Below, one piece after another: positions 1-13,269 of a stretch of DNA of 64,000 nt. The stretch lies in assembly GCF_009914755.1 (NCBI RefSeq), contig NC_060929.1. One strand, given 5' to 3'. Below the pieces are notes generated by a model. It had not been told where the DNA came from. It ran no database searches and was given only the letters and a program-made list of their open reading frames with translations. Each line of letters begins with the position of its first letter. Within the stretch, counting starts at the first letter, position 1. The position numbers were made by a program, and so were the translations under genes. Source of the stretch: the human T2T-CHM13v2.0 reference genome, Homo sapiens.

Positions 1-199
1 ACATTTCTAAGAGAATTTAAAGACAAAAATCAATGCAGAGATATACCATGTTCTTTGATTGGAAAAATCAATAGGTGTAATATGTCAATTTTATATAATA
101 TTTTGATTGTGATTACATGCATTTGATGTATATACACCCGTGAATCCAACACCATAATCAGAATTAACCTGTCAACACCAAAAGCTTCCTACTTCTTAT

Positions 200-1453
200 T
201 GTCACAGGATCTTTCACATGTCACTTCACCAGCTGGAAACCTCTGTGGCTGGCAGTGCCTCTGCTTAAGTTTACTTGCACCCGCTGGGCTCGTTCCGCCC
301 ACTTGGCCCACCAGGTTGCCTCAGTTTGTACTACTGGCCCGGATCCCTTGCCCTTCAAAGGCGTACCAGGCATGGAGCAGCAAGGGGTGTATGAGCGAAC
401 AAAGCGGTGTATGAGCGAGTGAGTGCGCTGTTTGGCCAGAGCTCACAGCCAGGCATGTTGGCAGCTGTGGAGGGCCAGACACCTCCAGGTGCCAGCACAG
501 GTGCCGGCCCTGTGCGAGACTGTGGCTGGACTAGGCATACCCCAAGTAGATTCTGCTGCGGGTGCCAGCATCTAGACAGAGGGAATGCGGTGGTGTTTAA
601 AAACTCAGTGACACCAGCAACCGTGAAGCCCCCAGGGCTGGAGAGGGCATACTACAGCTCTCATTCCTGCCGCCCATATATCACCGAATGGTGGGGGTAG
701 GGGAGATGTATTTTCAGCTTGTTGAGCCCTGCAGCCTCGCTCCAGCCGAGGGCTCCCAGGCTGGCCTGGTCCCGCCAGTACTTCCTGTCGTGTGGAGCAG
801 CTACCTGACATTGGCGGAGGGTAGGAGGGCTATATATAGTATTACAATTCTGGCTCGGGGATTCCCGAGGTCTGGGCCCCTAGAAGGATTGCTGCTCTTT
901 ACTCCTCCAGTTTGGCAAATGCGAGCAGGTCACTACCTACAGCTCAGCGCGCTCGTCAGGAACATGTTATAGCTCCTTTAGCTCCTACCTGCAGCTTGGC
1001 GATCCGGCCAGGAAAGCGTTACAGCCCTTTTTGCACCCGCTGTTCTGTGGGTCCCGGGTTTATGTCCAGGAAGAATGAAGTTGCACGGTCAACTGAAGGG
1101 TGAGCACGGTGGAGAAGAGTTTTACTGAGTAACAAAACAGCTCTCAGCAGCGAGAAAAAGCTGAAGACGGTAGCTCCTAACGCAGCCTGGTAGTCGACAG
1201 CTGTGGCCGAGTCCAGGGGTTTTTATATGCTCAGAATGAAGGACGTGCATGCTGATTGGTCCATGGGTGGGCTCTGAAAGAAGAACCATTTGATTGGCTG
1301 AAAGGCATCAGGAAGTTCTCACTTCCGGTTGTGGATTCTACCTGGAACTGGCAGCCCGGTTTTCAGGCTTTTCAGGCTTTGGCTTGAAAGTTGGATTTCA
1401 CCAGGGACCCACCCTGATCTGCCTAGGAATTTGTCTGCCTCCTGCCACTATCA
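200..1453 (-). mobile_element. MER52-family ERV1 solo LTR
   Basis: TG...CA termini (tgtcacaggatc at 200; gccactatca ending 1453). The reverse complement begins tgatagtggcaggaggcagacaaattcctagg, as in MER52. Flanks ttat (196-199) and ctat (1454-1457) form a 4-bp TSD with 1 mismatch. Confidence 0.88.
1220..1328 (-). promoter_or_regulatory. LTR core promoter motifs: ETS, 2x CCAAT, TATA
   Basis: On the minus strand, in order: CCGGAAGT (1321-1328), CCAAT (1293-1297), CCAAT (1255-1259), TATAAAAA (1220-1227). Activity is not shown. Confidence 0.55.
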
Positions 1454-2610
1454 CTATTATAAAACATCCCTTCCTCCAATTACATATGCAGGGAACCACC
1501 GATTACTTTGTCAATATTATGTATTTTCTAGAATTGTGATAAAGCTAATTATACAGTATGTGATCATTTTATCTGGCTTTTTTATTCAACATACTTATTT
1601 CAACATTCAGCCACATTGATATATGTATCAAAAACATGTTTTTTGTATTTATTGCTGAATAGCAGTCCACTCTATGGGCATATCATGATTTTATCCATTT
1701 TGTTGTTAATGAGTTGTTGATTTGCTGCTGATTTTTGGCTCTCACAAAGTTGCTACCAACATTCATGTACAGATTACTGTGTGGACATATGATTTTGTTT
1801 CCTAGCATAGACACCAGCTAATGAAATGGAGTGGTTCTATGGAAGAGAAAATTTAAATATTCAAGAAATTCCAAACATTTTTTCCCAAGAGAATTTACCA
1901 GTATTCATTCCCACCAGAAATATGGTGGAATTGCTCCCCACGCCCACAACACTTGGTCTGGAGATTCTTTTTATTACCGCCATTCCACAGTGTATGAAAT
2001 GGTATATCAATGACTTAATTTGTATTTCCCTGTCAAGCAAAGATGTTGAGTATATTTTTACATACTGATTTTCATCTATGTTTTATTTAGTGAAGCATCT
2101 GTTCAAATATATTATTCATTTTTATTGGGTTGTTCTAATTATCATTTTTGAATTGTAAGGCTTTTTATATGTTATGAACACAGGTCTTTAGTTAGAAGTA
2201 TATTTGAAAATATTTTCTCCCATGCTGTGACTTCCCTTTTCATTTTCTGCACATTGATCTGGAGAAAGGGAGTTTATAATTTTGATGAAGAATTTATTTA
2301 ATGTTTTATAGTTCAAGAAGTTGTAACTCTATTAAGAGAATTATTGACAACTGAAGATTACACTAATTTTGTACCATTTTTCCTTCTAGATTTATAATTT
2401 TAGCTCTTAATTGTACATTTTAATTCTTGTACAAGGTATAAGGTAATAGAAAAGTTTTACTATTTTTAGTGATGGCTAGCCAACTGTTTCATTATCATTT
2501 CTTGAAAATATTTTTCCCCATGGATTCCGAAGAATAATATATGCACGTTAAAATTTATGTAATTCTTTATAATACTATAAGTCCACAATCAGATGTTTTA
2601 ATGAAGAGAT

Positions 2611-2882
2611 AGCTGTGCACGGTGGCTCACACCTGTATCCCAGCTACTTGGGAGGCAAAGGCGTGGAAAAAATAGGCATTGTCTCTGAAAATATAAAAAT
2701 AAATAAGCCAGATGTGGTGCTGTGCACCTGTAGTCCTAGCTACTGGGGAAGCTGGGGCCAGAGGATCGTGTGAGTCCAGGACTTACTGGGTGTAGTGAGC
2801 TATGATCAAACCACTATGCTCCCATCTTGGTGACAGAGCGAGACTCTATCTGTAAATAAATAAATAAATAAATAAATAAAAT
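2611..2882 (+). mobile_element. AluJ-type SINE with internally deleted left arm and (TAAA)n tail
   Basis: Alu start 'gcacggtggctcacacctgta', right arm 'gtgagctatgatcaaaccact', and (TAAA)n tail at about 2853-2882. Confidence 0.85.
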
Positions 2883-4949
2883 ACATGCAAAACATATTAT
2901 TTATCTGCAGGAAAACATAAAAGGGGAAAAGATATGTGCTGGTATCAAATAAGAGAAGACAATTGTTTTACCATTTTGCAGCATACTATGAAACAAAAGA
3001 AAACCAATAAACCAACAAAGATATGACATGGAAAATGGCATTAAGAAGGTATTTTGTCCATAATCTGCTCACATATTCTTTGTATGGTTTTTGTCTGTTT
3101 CTCATCATGCACCTGAAAATTGACATTTTGCAAAGTATGTAATGTCCTGATAAATGTTTAATTTTAAGTAAGAATAAAACACCCTAGTTATGAGATTGGT
3201 AACTTTGTTTCTTAATTTGATGACATAGTGAAATGTCACATATCAGTTTGACAGTGTTCTCTGGAAGCTATAAGCAGAATATTTCTCTTTGATTTATAAT
3301 GCTAATAGGAAGTTACACTGCTCTTTAATTATAGTAAGGAGAGTCTAAAGTCACATTACTGAATACAACTATAGAAGGAAATAGCATCATGTTTTATGAT
3401 GAATTGTAAATTAATTTTATATACTTAAAACAGTTTTCTAATTGTGACTAATTTCAATTTTTTAAAATATAAACGTTATATCTTTGACTTACTTTCATTA
3501 ATTTTTTAAGGAAACCCTAAAGTCTATAAACAAAAATGAGATCATTTCACTCTTTAAGTTAATCTGTGGTTCATGTTAAATTGCCTTGATTCAGAAAATC
3601 ATAATCTAGTGCATGTACTGTAAGATTAACATAGTGAATAGTATCAGAAAAAAAAGAATAGTGTTAATTCTATGTATAAAATTATCTAAAGAAGCTTAAT
3701 TATGTACTCTAATGCCTCTGTCTTTTTTTGCTAATACCTTTATCAATTTTCATAATAAACTAATTGTACATTAACTTATCATTAATTATTTTTATAGTGT
3801 AAAAAGAGGAATTTTCAAACTTTCATTCTACAGCATTGGATATAAAGATAACAATGGCATTGTCTTGCCATTATTGTGTTCTGGCCAGATGTGTTTAAAA
3901 CACTGACAGAACTCTAAAAAAGTGAGATGACAGTTGATACACATGTAGCACAGTATTTTCAATTAGTATTTTAATTATGCTTTCTGAAATCTAGTGATAC
4001 TTTTTTTATTTCCTAAAAATAAATTAGGTAAATCTCATCAGAATTATCTACTCCTATGGATAGCCATTTATATGATAAACTGCTTTGATCTACAACTGCA
4101 TTATAAAAAACCAATTGTCTCATGCTGTTCTTGGAAGTCAATAATAGGACACAGACTGTGATGCTATTAAAGCAATTCACTAACAGAATATTAGAATGTC
4201 TACTGAAATATCACAGATGAGTACCGGATTTTGTATCGTACTTGTAGAATGCTATAACATTGTATAGTTTGCTCCTGTTAGACTGTTTTTCCAGTAAATA
4301 ATATTACTAACTTAATCATGTTTCTTATCCAACCCAATCCAAGTTTTGTCCCAAATCATAGCCTTGCAGTCATCATAGTAAAATAAAATTTCTTTCTATT
4401 CAGGAAATGGCTGGATACAGCTGCATGATTTTCAAACTGTAAATATTTTGTTAACCTTGCATTTATAATATCTAAGTGCTAAGTATTAAATCATAGTAAA
4501 TTTTGTTAAATTGTATAAAAATATGTCAAGACTCAAAGCAGCAATTTCGTTTTTACTGTTACAAATTTAAGTAGAGCAAAATGAATATTTAAACAAAGGT
4601 ATTGCTTTACATGCCATGAAAATGTTCTGTCTGAAAACAAAGTATATTTACCATCTCACTTATTAGAAAACTTTTCTTTATTATTCATCCAGTGCTTCTT
4701 CTTCCATCATACTCCTTCCTAACCTGAATCTAAAGGAAGCAGGGTTTTCACTGTGGTTTATAATATACCAGTGCCTAAAATTAGTACATCCACTTCTAAT
4801 GGCAGGTGCACTGGTAAATACTTTTTAGGCATTTCCAGATATTGTTCATTTTAGCTCTCAACTAACTAGCTACAGTTCACCATGCTAGACACATCATCAA
4901 GCTCGGCTTTCGTCTTTTTAATTTATGTTTCGTGACTTACTACATTTTT

Positions 4950-5085
4950 TTCTTCATTCATTGATTTATTCATTCAACTTTCAAAGTGCTAATATGCAAG
5001 AAACAATGTGATATTCAAAGATGATTCAAGCTATTTTCCTTCCTTGATATGTTTATAGTGTATTAGGAAAGATAAGATGGAAAGT
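4950..5085 (-). mobile_element. L2 3' end fragment
   Basis: (TTCA)-like tail 'ttcattcattgatttattcattcaac' followed by degenerate antisense L2 3' end. Confidence 0.5.
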
Positions 5086-8000
5086 GGGCCCATTTTCCTA
5101 GAACAAAAGTACCACAAGATTAGTATATACAGGATACTAATATATTGAGATGAAGACAGTTTAACACCAATGATGGATAAACAAGAAGTATCAACAGTTA
5201 TAGTTGTTTAACTACAATAACAATTTTTTTCTGATTTTAAATGTGAAGAAACTAAATGATTAACATTAAATAATGTTTTTAAAAAGCAAGCTGTTATTGA
5301 ACTTGTATTAAAGAAGTTCTAAACTATTGCTTAGCCACTATACTAAAATAAACTTTATCTTTTTTTGGTGATAACAGAAATATTTCTATGATGCTTAGAT
5401 TGTGAAATATTATCAGGTCTAAAGATTTTAGTATTGATTAAATTATGGCAAAAAATATTATTATTAATTATAGGTTAGTTATATAAAGTTAAATAGTTGG
5501 GGTCTTGGTTTTCATTGGGTGACGCTTTCCTAAAAACAATAAGAATAATTTGAAAAAATATATAAATATGTGGAAATGAAGTCCAATGCAGTAAGGATCA
5601 CAGTGCATTCCATTGGAAGATGATACAGTTTAGCTTCATGGGCATAGTGGAAAGTTGTTACTTTTGGTATCTACAATCTTCTACAAAATAATAGCCTTTG
5701 GTCACTTTGAACACTATCAGCACTTTTCCTCTGATAAAATTAATGAGGAACTGGACAGACAAGCCCCTGAAAATAGACTGGGACAGTTGTCATGATTCTA
5801 ATAAAAGCTTAATGAAACTTAAAACTATCTCGTGCATCCAGATGGACTAAGGTTATATTACAATACTTGCAGTTTTGTAGTTACCTCAGTTCTTGCTGCT
5901 AACTTCTGCAGAAACAATATGTCAGTGTGACATGCCCTGTGGCAATGTATTGTTTCTCTCAAAGTGAAGAGTATTTACTGATGAATCTTATGGACTCCTC
6001 AAAAATAAATGTGGATAATTATCCAATGTGATTTTGATCACTCATAAAAACCCTGAGACATTTCCTTTCAAGTGGCAGCTGTAGATGCTTTCTCCTCCTC
6101 CCCTCAATAACACGTGTTGTCATTGTGTGCAATGTATAATATTCTTGGTTAGCATTTGAGCAAGTACTAGTGCAGTCTCAGCCTTTCTTACATAGCTTTT
6201 GCTAGGTCTTTTCATGCAGAAATAACATCTTAAAAACCCAAGCTAAGTTTCTATTCTATATGCATAATGATAAATCCACACTCCTGCTGGGGGCCATTTT
6301 CACAGCTTCCTCTCCAATAATTAAATGACCACCAGCAACCATATTACCCATAGAATTTAAATAATCAAAGCATTTTTCTTAATACCCCTTTTAGCAAAAA
6401 TGATTTTTATCATTTTATTTCCATTTTCTTAACATTTTAAATACATTTACTACTGATTAAGGCAAAGGTTATTTCTTAGCACTGTTTAATCCTCTTTACA
6501 TAGTTAATTAGCATCACGTATTTTTATTTTCTTGTGCAAATTTATTGGAGTATAAAGCTCTGGGTGTGTGTTTTAAATGCACATGACACAGTTTTGGTAG
6601 TGAAATATGAGCATTAACAAAATAAGTGCCTTTTCTGCATACTGTTTTAAATGTGATTGTTTGAATCAGTTTAACAATCTTAAATGTATTCTTAAATATA
6701 TACATTTCAAGAATGAAAATTATGTTTTTTTCTTACTGTAATAAGATGCAATGAATATCACATTTCATAATCACATACAAATTATATTTTCTGCATTTAT
6801 AATGCCAACGAGTTATCTTGCATACATTCAGTGATGTGTGATACATTGATGTGGGATGAATCTAAGAAATATCGTGAGACAGCTATCAAATAAGTAGAAG
6901 ACTTGGTTTCAGACACTTTAGGAGGGAGAGATATTTAATCAAAAGAACTAAAACTGAAGATGATTAAGGACAGGAAGAAAATGTCTGAAGAATCATGACG
7001 AGACTTAATCATTTAGATGAGAAAAATAAATAAGGTCTAGGGAGAGTCAGACACTTGGTGTGGTAATTTACTCAATATCGTGCTCAACTGCAAACACAAT
7101 AGATTCTTCCAAGGAAACAAAATAAATACAAATGTCCTGCATCATGAAAGAGAAAGTAAAAAAAGACAAAGAGAAAGTTCTAGAGAGACAGAAATATAAG
7201 TTGGTAAAAAAAATCCTCACTTCTCAGGAAGGAGGTAGGCTAGTCTTAAAGAATGACTCTAGGGTTTAACATTACTTGCCTTAAATTTGCTAATATTTAC
7301 ATAATTTTCACTGCGTAATTTTTTTAAGTATCTTTTAACCTCTGTAACTATTTGGTCCTATAACATTGGTAAGTTGCATCAGATAACTAGAAACAAAACA
7401 TAGTAAAGAAGTAAGAGAGATCACAAAGAGGAAACCACTTTTTTTTTTTTATAATAGAGTCAGTGGAATGATTAGGAACAAAACTTGGGCCTCCTGTGAA
7501 ACTATCATACTTGTTTTATCTCTCAAAATAGAGAATATAACTGGGATATTGTCTGATAATTCTATACTTTTCTCTGTGTAATATACAAAATTAAGTTATA
7601 AGAAACAAAGAAAAGATCTTGATTTTTAACTTGGTAAATTCAATGATAAATCAATTATTTCTCATGCACTTTTATCATTAAGTAGCTCTTTTAAAGTTTT
7701 CTAGAAAAAATATGCTACATTAATTTCCAATTCTAGAAAATAAATTTAGAGTATCTTTTTCTTTAATAAGACTGTCTAGTAAATAATGATTGAAAGACTT
7801 GAATCAAGATCTTGTTTTTCTTGTCTAAATGTTTTATGTTTAAAGATCCTCTGATTTTCCTGTGTAATTTAAAACAGAGATCTTAAGACATGTTTGCTAC
7901 ATATAATTTTTCTTTCCTATTTCAAATACCATTTTTAAATGAAATTTTTTCAGTCCACTTTCCACACAATTTAACATATTTGCAGCCCTTCTGTCAAATG

Positions 8001-9779
8001 TTAATAATACCAACTCTGATTTAAGCTTTGTTAGAAAATTGCAAAGTATACATCATGAAGTAAAGATAAGCCCATGTTTAAGGACATTTTTACATATGCA
8101 AAGAGCAATATTCTAGACATAGCTAGAAGAGGGCAAATCAGCTCATGCTTAATTCATAGTTTTATTTTTAAGACAATTTAAAAATAATCCTAGCAATAAG
8201 TTTCCAAATGATTCTGTAATACACATTTATCAGAGATTCGGTGGGTTCTCCACTATCCTCACGAAGTTAAGGAGAAACGCTTCTCACTTTTTTGAATGTA
8301 GAGAAATTTTCATCACCTCTTAAAAGAAAAAGCAAAAAAACGTGTTCATTTTGATTGTAACTTTTTAGTTTCTACATACTTTCTTCACTCTCTCCTAAAT
8401 CACTAAAAGGTTGGAAAATGGTAGGAAATTTCAGAGGTTCACAGGTACATGAATCAAGTCTTCAAACTTAATGGTGAAATAGTATTGTGTATGAATCTAG
8501 GTGCTCTGATGAAGGGTTATTTTCAGTAAATGTTGAAAGGTTGACAGTAGCTGCTTTGTAGATTTGGGGAAAAAACAAGTTGATAGCAATCATATGAAAT
8601 TGCTGTCTTAATGGTAGACATTTTTTAAAAGGAAAGAATTTCTTTGGAGTGCTGACTTTAAGCCATGAGACATACTTCCTAGAAACTTCTTACAAACTTA
8701 TAATTGACTCAACTTAAAACTGTTAAAAGAATAAGGTAATACAAAATTTGCTTTCCTTGTCTTCATCAGTGCACATCTGTCTTTCTATTACCTATTTATC
8801 ACTATTTTGCTCAATGATAAAGATAATAGGTTGAGAATTAAGTATAACTGTCTGAACCTCAGTCTATGTTTACACACATTTAGCTTGTTGCTTCTAACAT
8901 AGTCAGATTAAGCAGACTAAATTTGATAAGATAGTGATCTCAAACAAGACCCACTTTCAGAAAAGTAGTATTAAATGCATTGTTATTTTCAGGAAAAAAG
9001 AGAGGTGATTGTAACTGAACTCTATTTATTAAAAGATAGAATAGATTAGTTCATTGAGATAAAAAGTAACAGTGGCTTATTCTGGAATGATCACTCAGTG
9101 GTTCTAACATTGTATGGTCTGAGTATTACTATTTCTTTTCCATCTTCACTCAGAACATGGCTTTGGAGGACATGATTGAGAAGTAGTAAAAGATGGAAAA
9201 GAAAAGGAAGAAGTAGAAGATCAAAACTGAAAGAAAAGTGATACAGAGTCTAAAAGTTTTGTCTTTTTAGGTATAATTTAATGACCATTCCAAAATGTAT
9301 TTGAAATAAATAAGAAATAACTTATTATTAAGAAACTTTCTCCAAAGTTTCTTATTTCCTTTATTAACATATTTATACATCTCTCAAACTTTGTATTATA
9401 CTTAATGGTACATCTTCTCCTTTAAAATAAATACTTTATTTTTGCTGAAGAAATTACATACTCGTATCTTTTAAAGTAAAAAATAAGTAATTGAATTAAA
9501 AGTGAAGGGTTTCTTTGGCCTTTCCATTTGAAAAAAAAAAAATTATCCCAGAGAAAATGATAGCTCACAATTCTGTTTTCCTTATTTAAACATCTATATG
9601 TTAATATGAACACAGATAATTTCGGTTTAGATTCTGGTTTTATTTAAATAGGATTATTTTATTTAAATAGGATTATTCTTTAACATCCTTTAATCACATA
9701 ATCTAAAATTTGGAATTTGTTATTTTTTCCTGGTACTATGAATTACATTATTCTTGGTAACTACTTGACTTCTCATTGT

Positions 9780-11260
9780 AGCTTTATTTCAAATTTATAT
9801 TTCAAGTTAGTGATGTCTGGCAAACGTATTTATCGCCCACTTGTTGACCTTATGCACTTGGATATCCTATAGGTTACTCAATTTCAATATTTAAATATTT
9901 CTCAACCCACTACTGTCCTGTATGATTCCTCTTTTTTCTCTAATCATTCACAAGGCTTCATTCAGCTGCTCATGACTAAAACCTAACACTCTTCCCTGAT
10001 ATGCCAATATTTCTTCTATTGCCACCACCCTATAATATTCAGTTCATCACAATGTATTCATGAGTCTAATATTCATAAGACCTTAGTATTTCACATATCT
10101 CATATAAATTGAGTGATACTCTTGCCACCTATAATAATTAATTGATCACCTGTCATCATCTACTGTGACAAATTCTAACAGACATTACTACTTTCAAGAC
10201 TTGCTTTGAATTTAGTCTTCATAATGCAGCCAAGATAAACTTTCCATATTTCCATACTTTAAATCCAATTGTCCTCTGCCATGGGCCTTAGACTAAGACT
10301 CTGCCTCATTTAACCCAGTGGGCTAATTTTTTAAAAATGTTAAAAATAACATAATCATAGATATTCAGGGTCAGGAGAGGACAACTTCTAGGAGAGACAT
10401 CTTCACATTCTAATTCATGTGTAATGTTTAAGACAAATTAGACTTCATTAACTATTATCTTAACCTTCTATACCTAGTTTATACATGCTCTTAAGTAATT
10501 GCAAAAAGTCCTAAACTATCATCCATAAACAACTAATGTCTATATATTTTAGCACATCAGTAAAGCTTGCAGCTTAATGCTTCTGATACATAAAAACCAA
10601 TAAATAATTTTAGTTTTCTTCAAAAGGAACTCTTTAAAAAACAATTATGCCTTTTGCTGTGAATCAAATATAATCATTGGAAAATGGCTCAATATGTACC
10701 AAAAATCAGGCTGAGACATTATTTTCTTTGACCAAAGAAAATATAATTCTGCTTCTTGCTTCTTTGTCGACAAATATTATACAGATTTGGTATTATATTG
10801 TGTCTGTAAAATGAATTCCTCAGCATGCCGCAAGAATCTTCCTTGATCTGTCCCCTCTTCCCTGCTTACTGTCATCTGACACTATCCTTGCCTTGTGCTC
10901 TAGGTTCCAACAATAATGAACCACCTGCAGTTCCTTATGTGTATGTCACCTGAACATACTTATATTTTCACATCAGGGCATTTGTACCACGGGTTAGTAG
11001 TACATATGACCTTCTTTTGTAGTGAACATAGATTATTTTTCTTTCTAAAAAAAAAGTCTAAAGGAAGAATACTTGATACTTCTACATGTATTCTTGAGTA
11101 GGTATCAAATATTATTGATTATTCAATCATGTATCATGTCTCAAATCAGAGATTACATTCTCCATGAAATCTGCTTTTGGTCTAGATGCCCATCCCTTTT
11201 CCTCTATATATTACCGTCATGACAAGAGTTCACACTTCTTTTCTTTTTCATGGCCTATTT
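9780..11260 (+). mobile_element. L2 LINE fragments, interrupted at about 10310-10820
   Basis: L2-like phrases 'cacttggatatcc', 'cagctgctcatgactaaaacct', 'aatgcagccaaga', 'aaccacctgcagttcc'. Confidence 0.55.
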
Positions 11261-13269
11261 TGTTGAATTCTTGAGATTTAATAAATAATAAAGGAGATTT
11301 TTAAGGATATCTACTGGGTTTATTTAAGATATTATATTGAAAGAGGAGGGCATTCCAAATAGAAGAAACATCATAAGCTACATGGCAGAAGTGAGAGTTT
11401 GTGAAGGTAAATCTTCATTTTTCAAATGAGCAGATGGAGTATTTTGAGCGGAGAGAATTAAGGTATGATGAGTCATGGGAGAGGACTCAAATGATTAAAA
11501 CTAGTAATAATGTTTTTTAAAATTGAAATTTACATACACAAGACAAAATTCAATGCACTAGAAAATAAGTATTATAGATTTTGAAAAAGAAATATCATAG
11601 AAATACTGTTAGTGAAGTTATCAAGCATCATTGCCTAGATTGACTGAAATGAACATAAGTAGGCACAGTGAAAATAAAAGTAATAACAACATTATATGCT
11701 ACCAAGATTTACAGGTAAAGAACAGGAGAAGTTTGAGAGGTACTTCAAATAATTAAAAACAGCAACAACAACACATGGTTTCTAGAAAAGGTTCTTGGCA
11801 ATGGATAGAGAAGGAGGAAACAATCATCTGGACTCTGTCCTTTGGAGGAAGTTTTGCCAGGGAAATGGAATTGATGACAACATGTGTCATCACTGGGTAT
11901 GCCCACCCTATCTGTCTTGCGCTTCATACTGGGCTTGAATTGTTATTTTTACTAGCTTATTCAACTAGGTTAGGCTCTAATTCCCTCCGATTATGAAAAA
12001 CCAAGGAAAAGGGGTATGAGGAGAGAATCTTAGGTAACAACCATAGTAGTCTTTTTCTTTTACATGTTTTATATCTTCTATTTTAAACAGTTATTCTTAT
12101 AGTCAGACATAAGTAGAATGTATTTTTTGTGTAAATTTGTAACCATCAGGGATTTTGGGGGACAAATTTGAAGTATAAAGCTAATTGCTTAAAGAATGTC
12201 CTAAAAGAATTATATTTTCCTGTTATTAGGATCTACATTTTTCTATAAACTTGTCAAAACTGCTATTTATATTCAATCCCACATGTTTAATTAGCTATCA
12301 TTTTGACAATGAAGTTCTTATAAATGTATAAAACTAGAAGAATAGACAACTTTTTGAAAATGGGTATGTATGTAAAACCCACTTTGTAATGACCTTACAT
12401 CCATTTACCTTTTATAAAATGCTTAAAATGTAAATATTGCAATTTATATGAAAGGAAAATATTTACTCACTATTTCCTGTGGATGATGAAAGTCACTTGA
12501 TTTTCATATATTTATTAACCACAAATCCAAAAAATGTATGCCGATCTAGAAACCTTTCTATTTTTACATTTCAATGGATGAATAAGACATAACAGTCTAG
12601 AAGTGAATGTAAATTTTTTTGTTTGTTTTCATCTTTTCCTTTAATTTGTTACTCATAGCAGTATGAAGAGCCAATAGAATCTTCTCTATAACTTATACTG
12701 TGTTTGACCTTAAGGATACCATATAAATCGTCCTGTTAGGTGACTATTTTCACCTATCAATTTCTGATGAATAAAGCATCTTTATACATCCAGTCTCTTT
12801 TTAATAGCCTTAGCTTTTTTGTTGTTATTGTTTCAGTTTTTATGTCATAGCTGCTATGAGTCAGTGAAAAAATAATTGCTGGTTGTTACTCATGGGTTTG
12901 TTTTTAATAGGTAATCATAATCATTACAAATGCTTTGTGTCTGTAAGATAAGACTAGAATTATAAATTTCCTTATGCAATATATCCAGTAAATAACTACT
13001 AGCGTGGATTTTTTTATCCGTTTTGATCATTTATTTACATGAAATTACTATAAGAAAAATTCTAAAATATAATGGTACATGCAACTTCAGTGAAATTTTA
13101 CTCAAATGAAGATAGTTTAATCTATTATCAAAGTCATTGGATCTTACAAAAAGAGATATCATTCAAGAAATTATAATTCATGAAAAATGGTACACTGATA
13201 TCCTGAGAATCCATTCTATAGTTTTTTTTATCTTAAATAGTAGCATTGCTCATTCATATTTAAAATAGA

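Larger units (their letters stand above)
130..2525 (-). mobile_element. Ancient L1M (L1MC/MD/ME-type) 3' fragment, split by the MER52 LTR
   Basis: Degenerate antisense L1 3'UTR/ORF2-end phrases on both sides of the LTR (e.g. 'tatacagtatgtgatcattttatctggc', 'cattcccaccagaaatatgg', 'tttgtatttccctg'). Boundaries are approximate. Confidence 0.7.

Noticed and set aside
199-1619. Cluster of ORFs of 63-97 aa
   Set aside because: They lie in or start in the GC-rich MER52 LTR, where stop codons are scarce. No recognisable protein.
3850-3872. Inverted SOX-like pair ACAATG-G-CATTGT and a small hairpin
   Set aside because: The spacing is shorter than the usual SOXE dimer spacing, and such short palindromes are expected by chance in AT-rich DNA.
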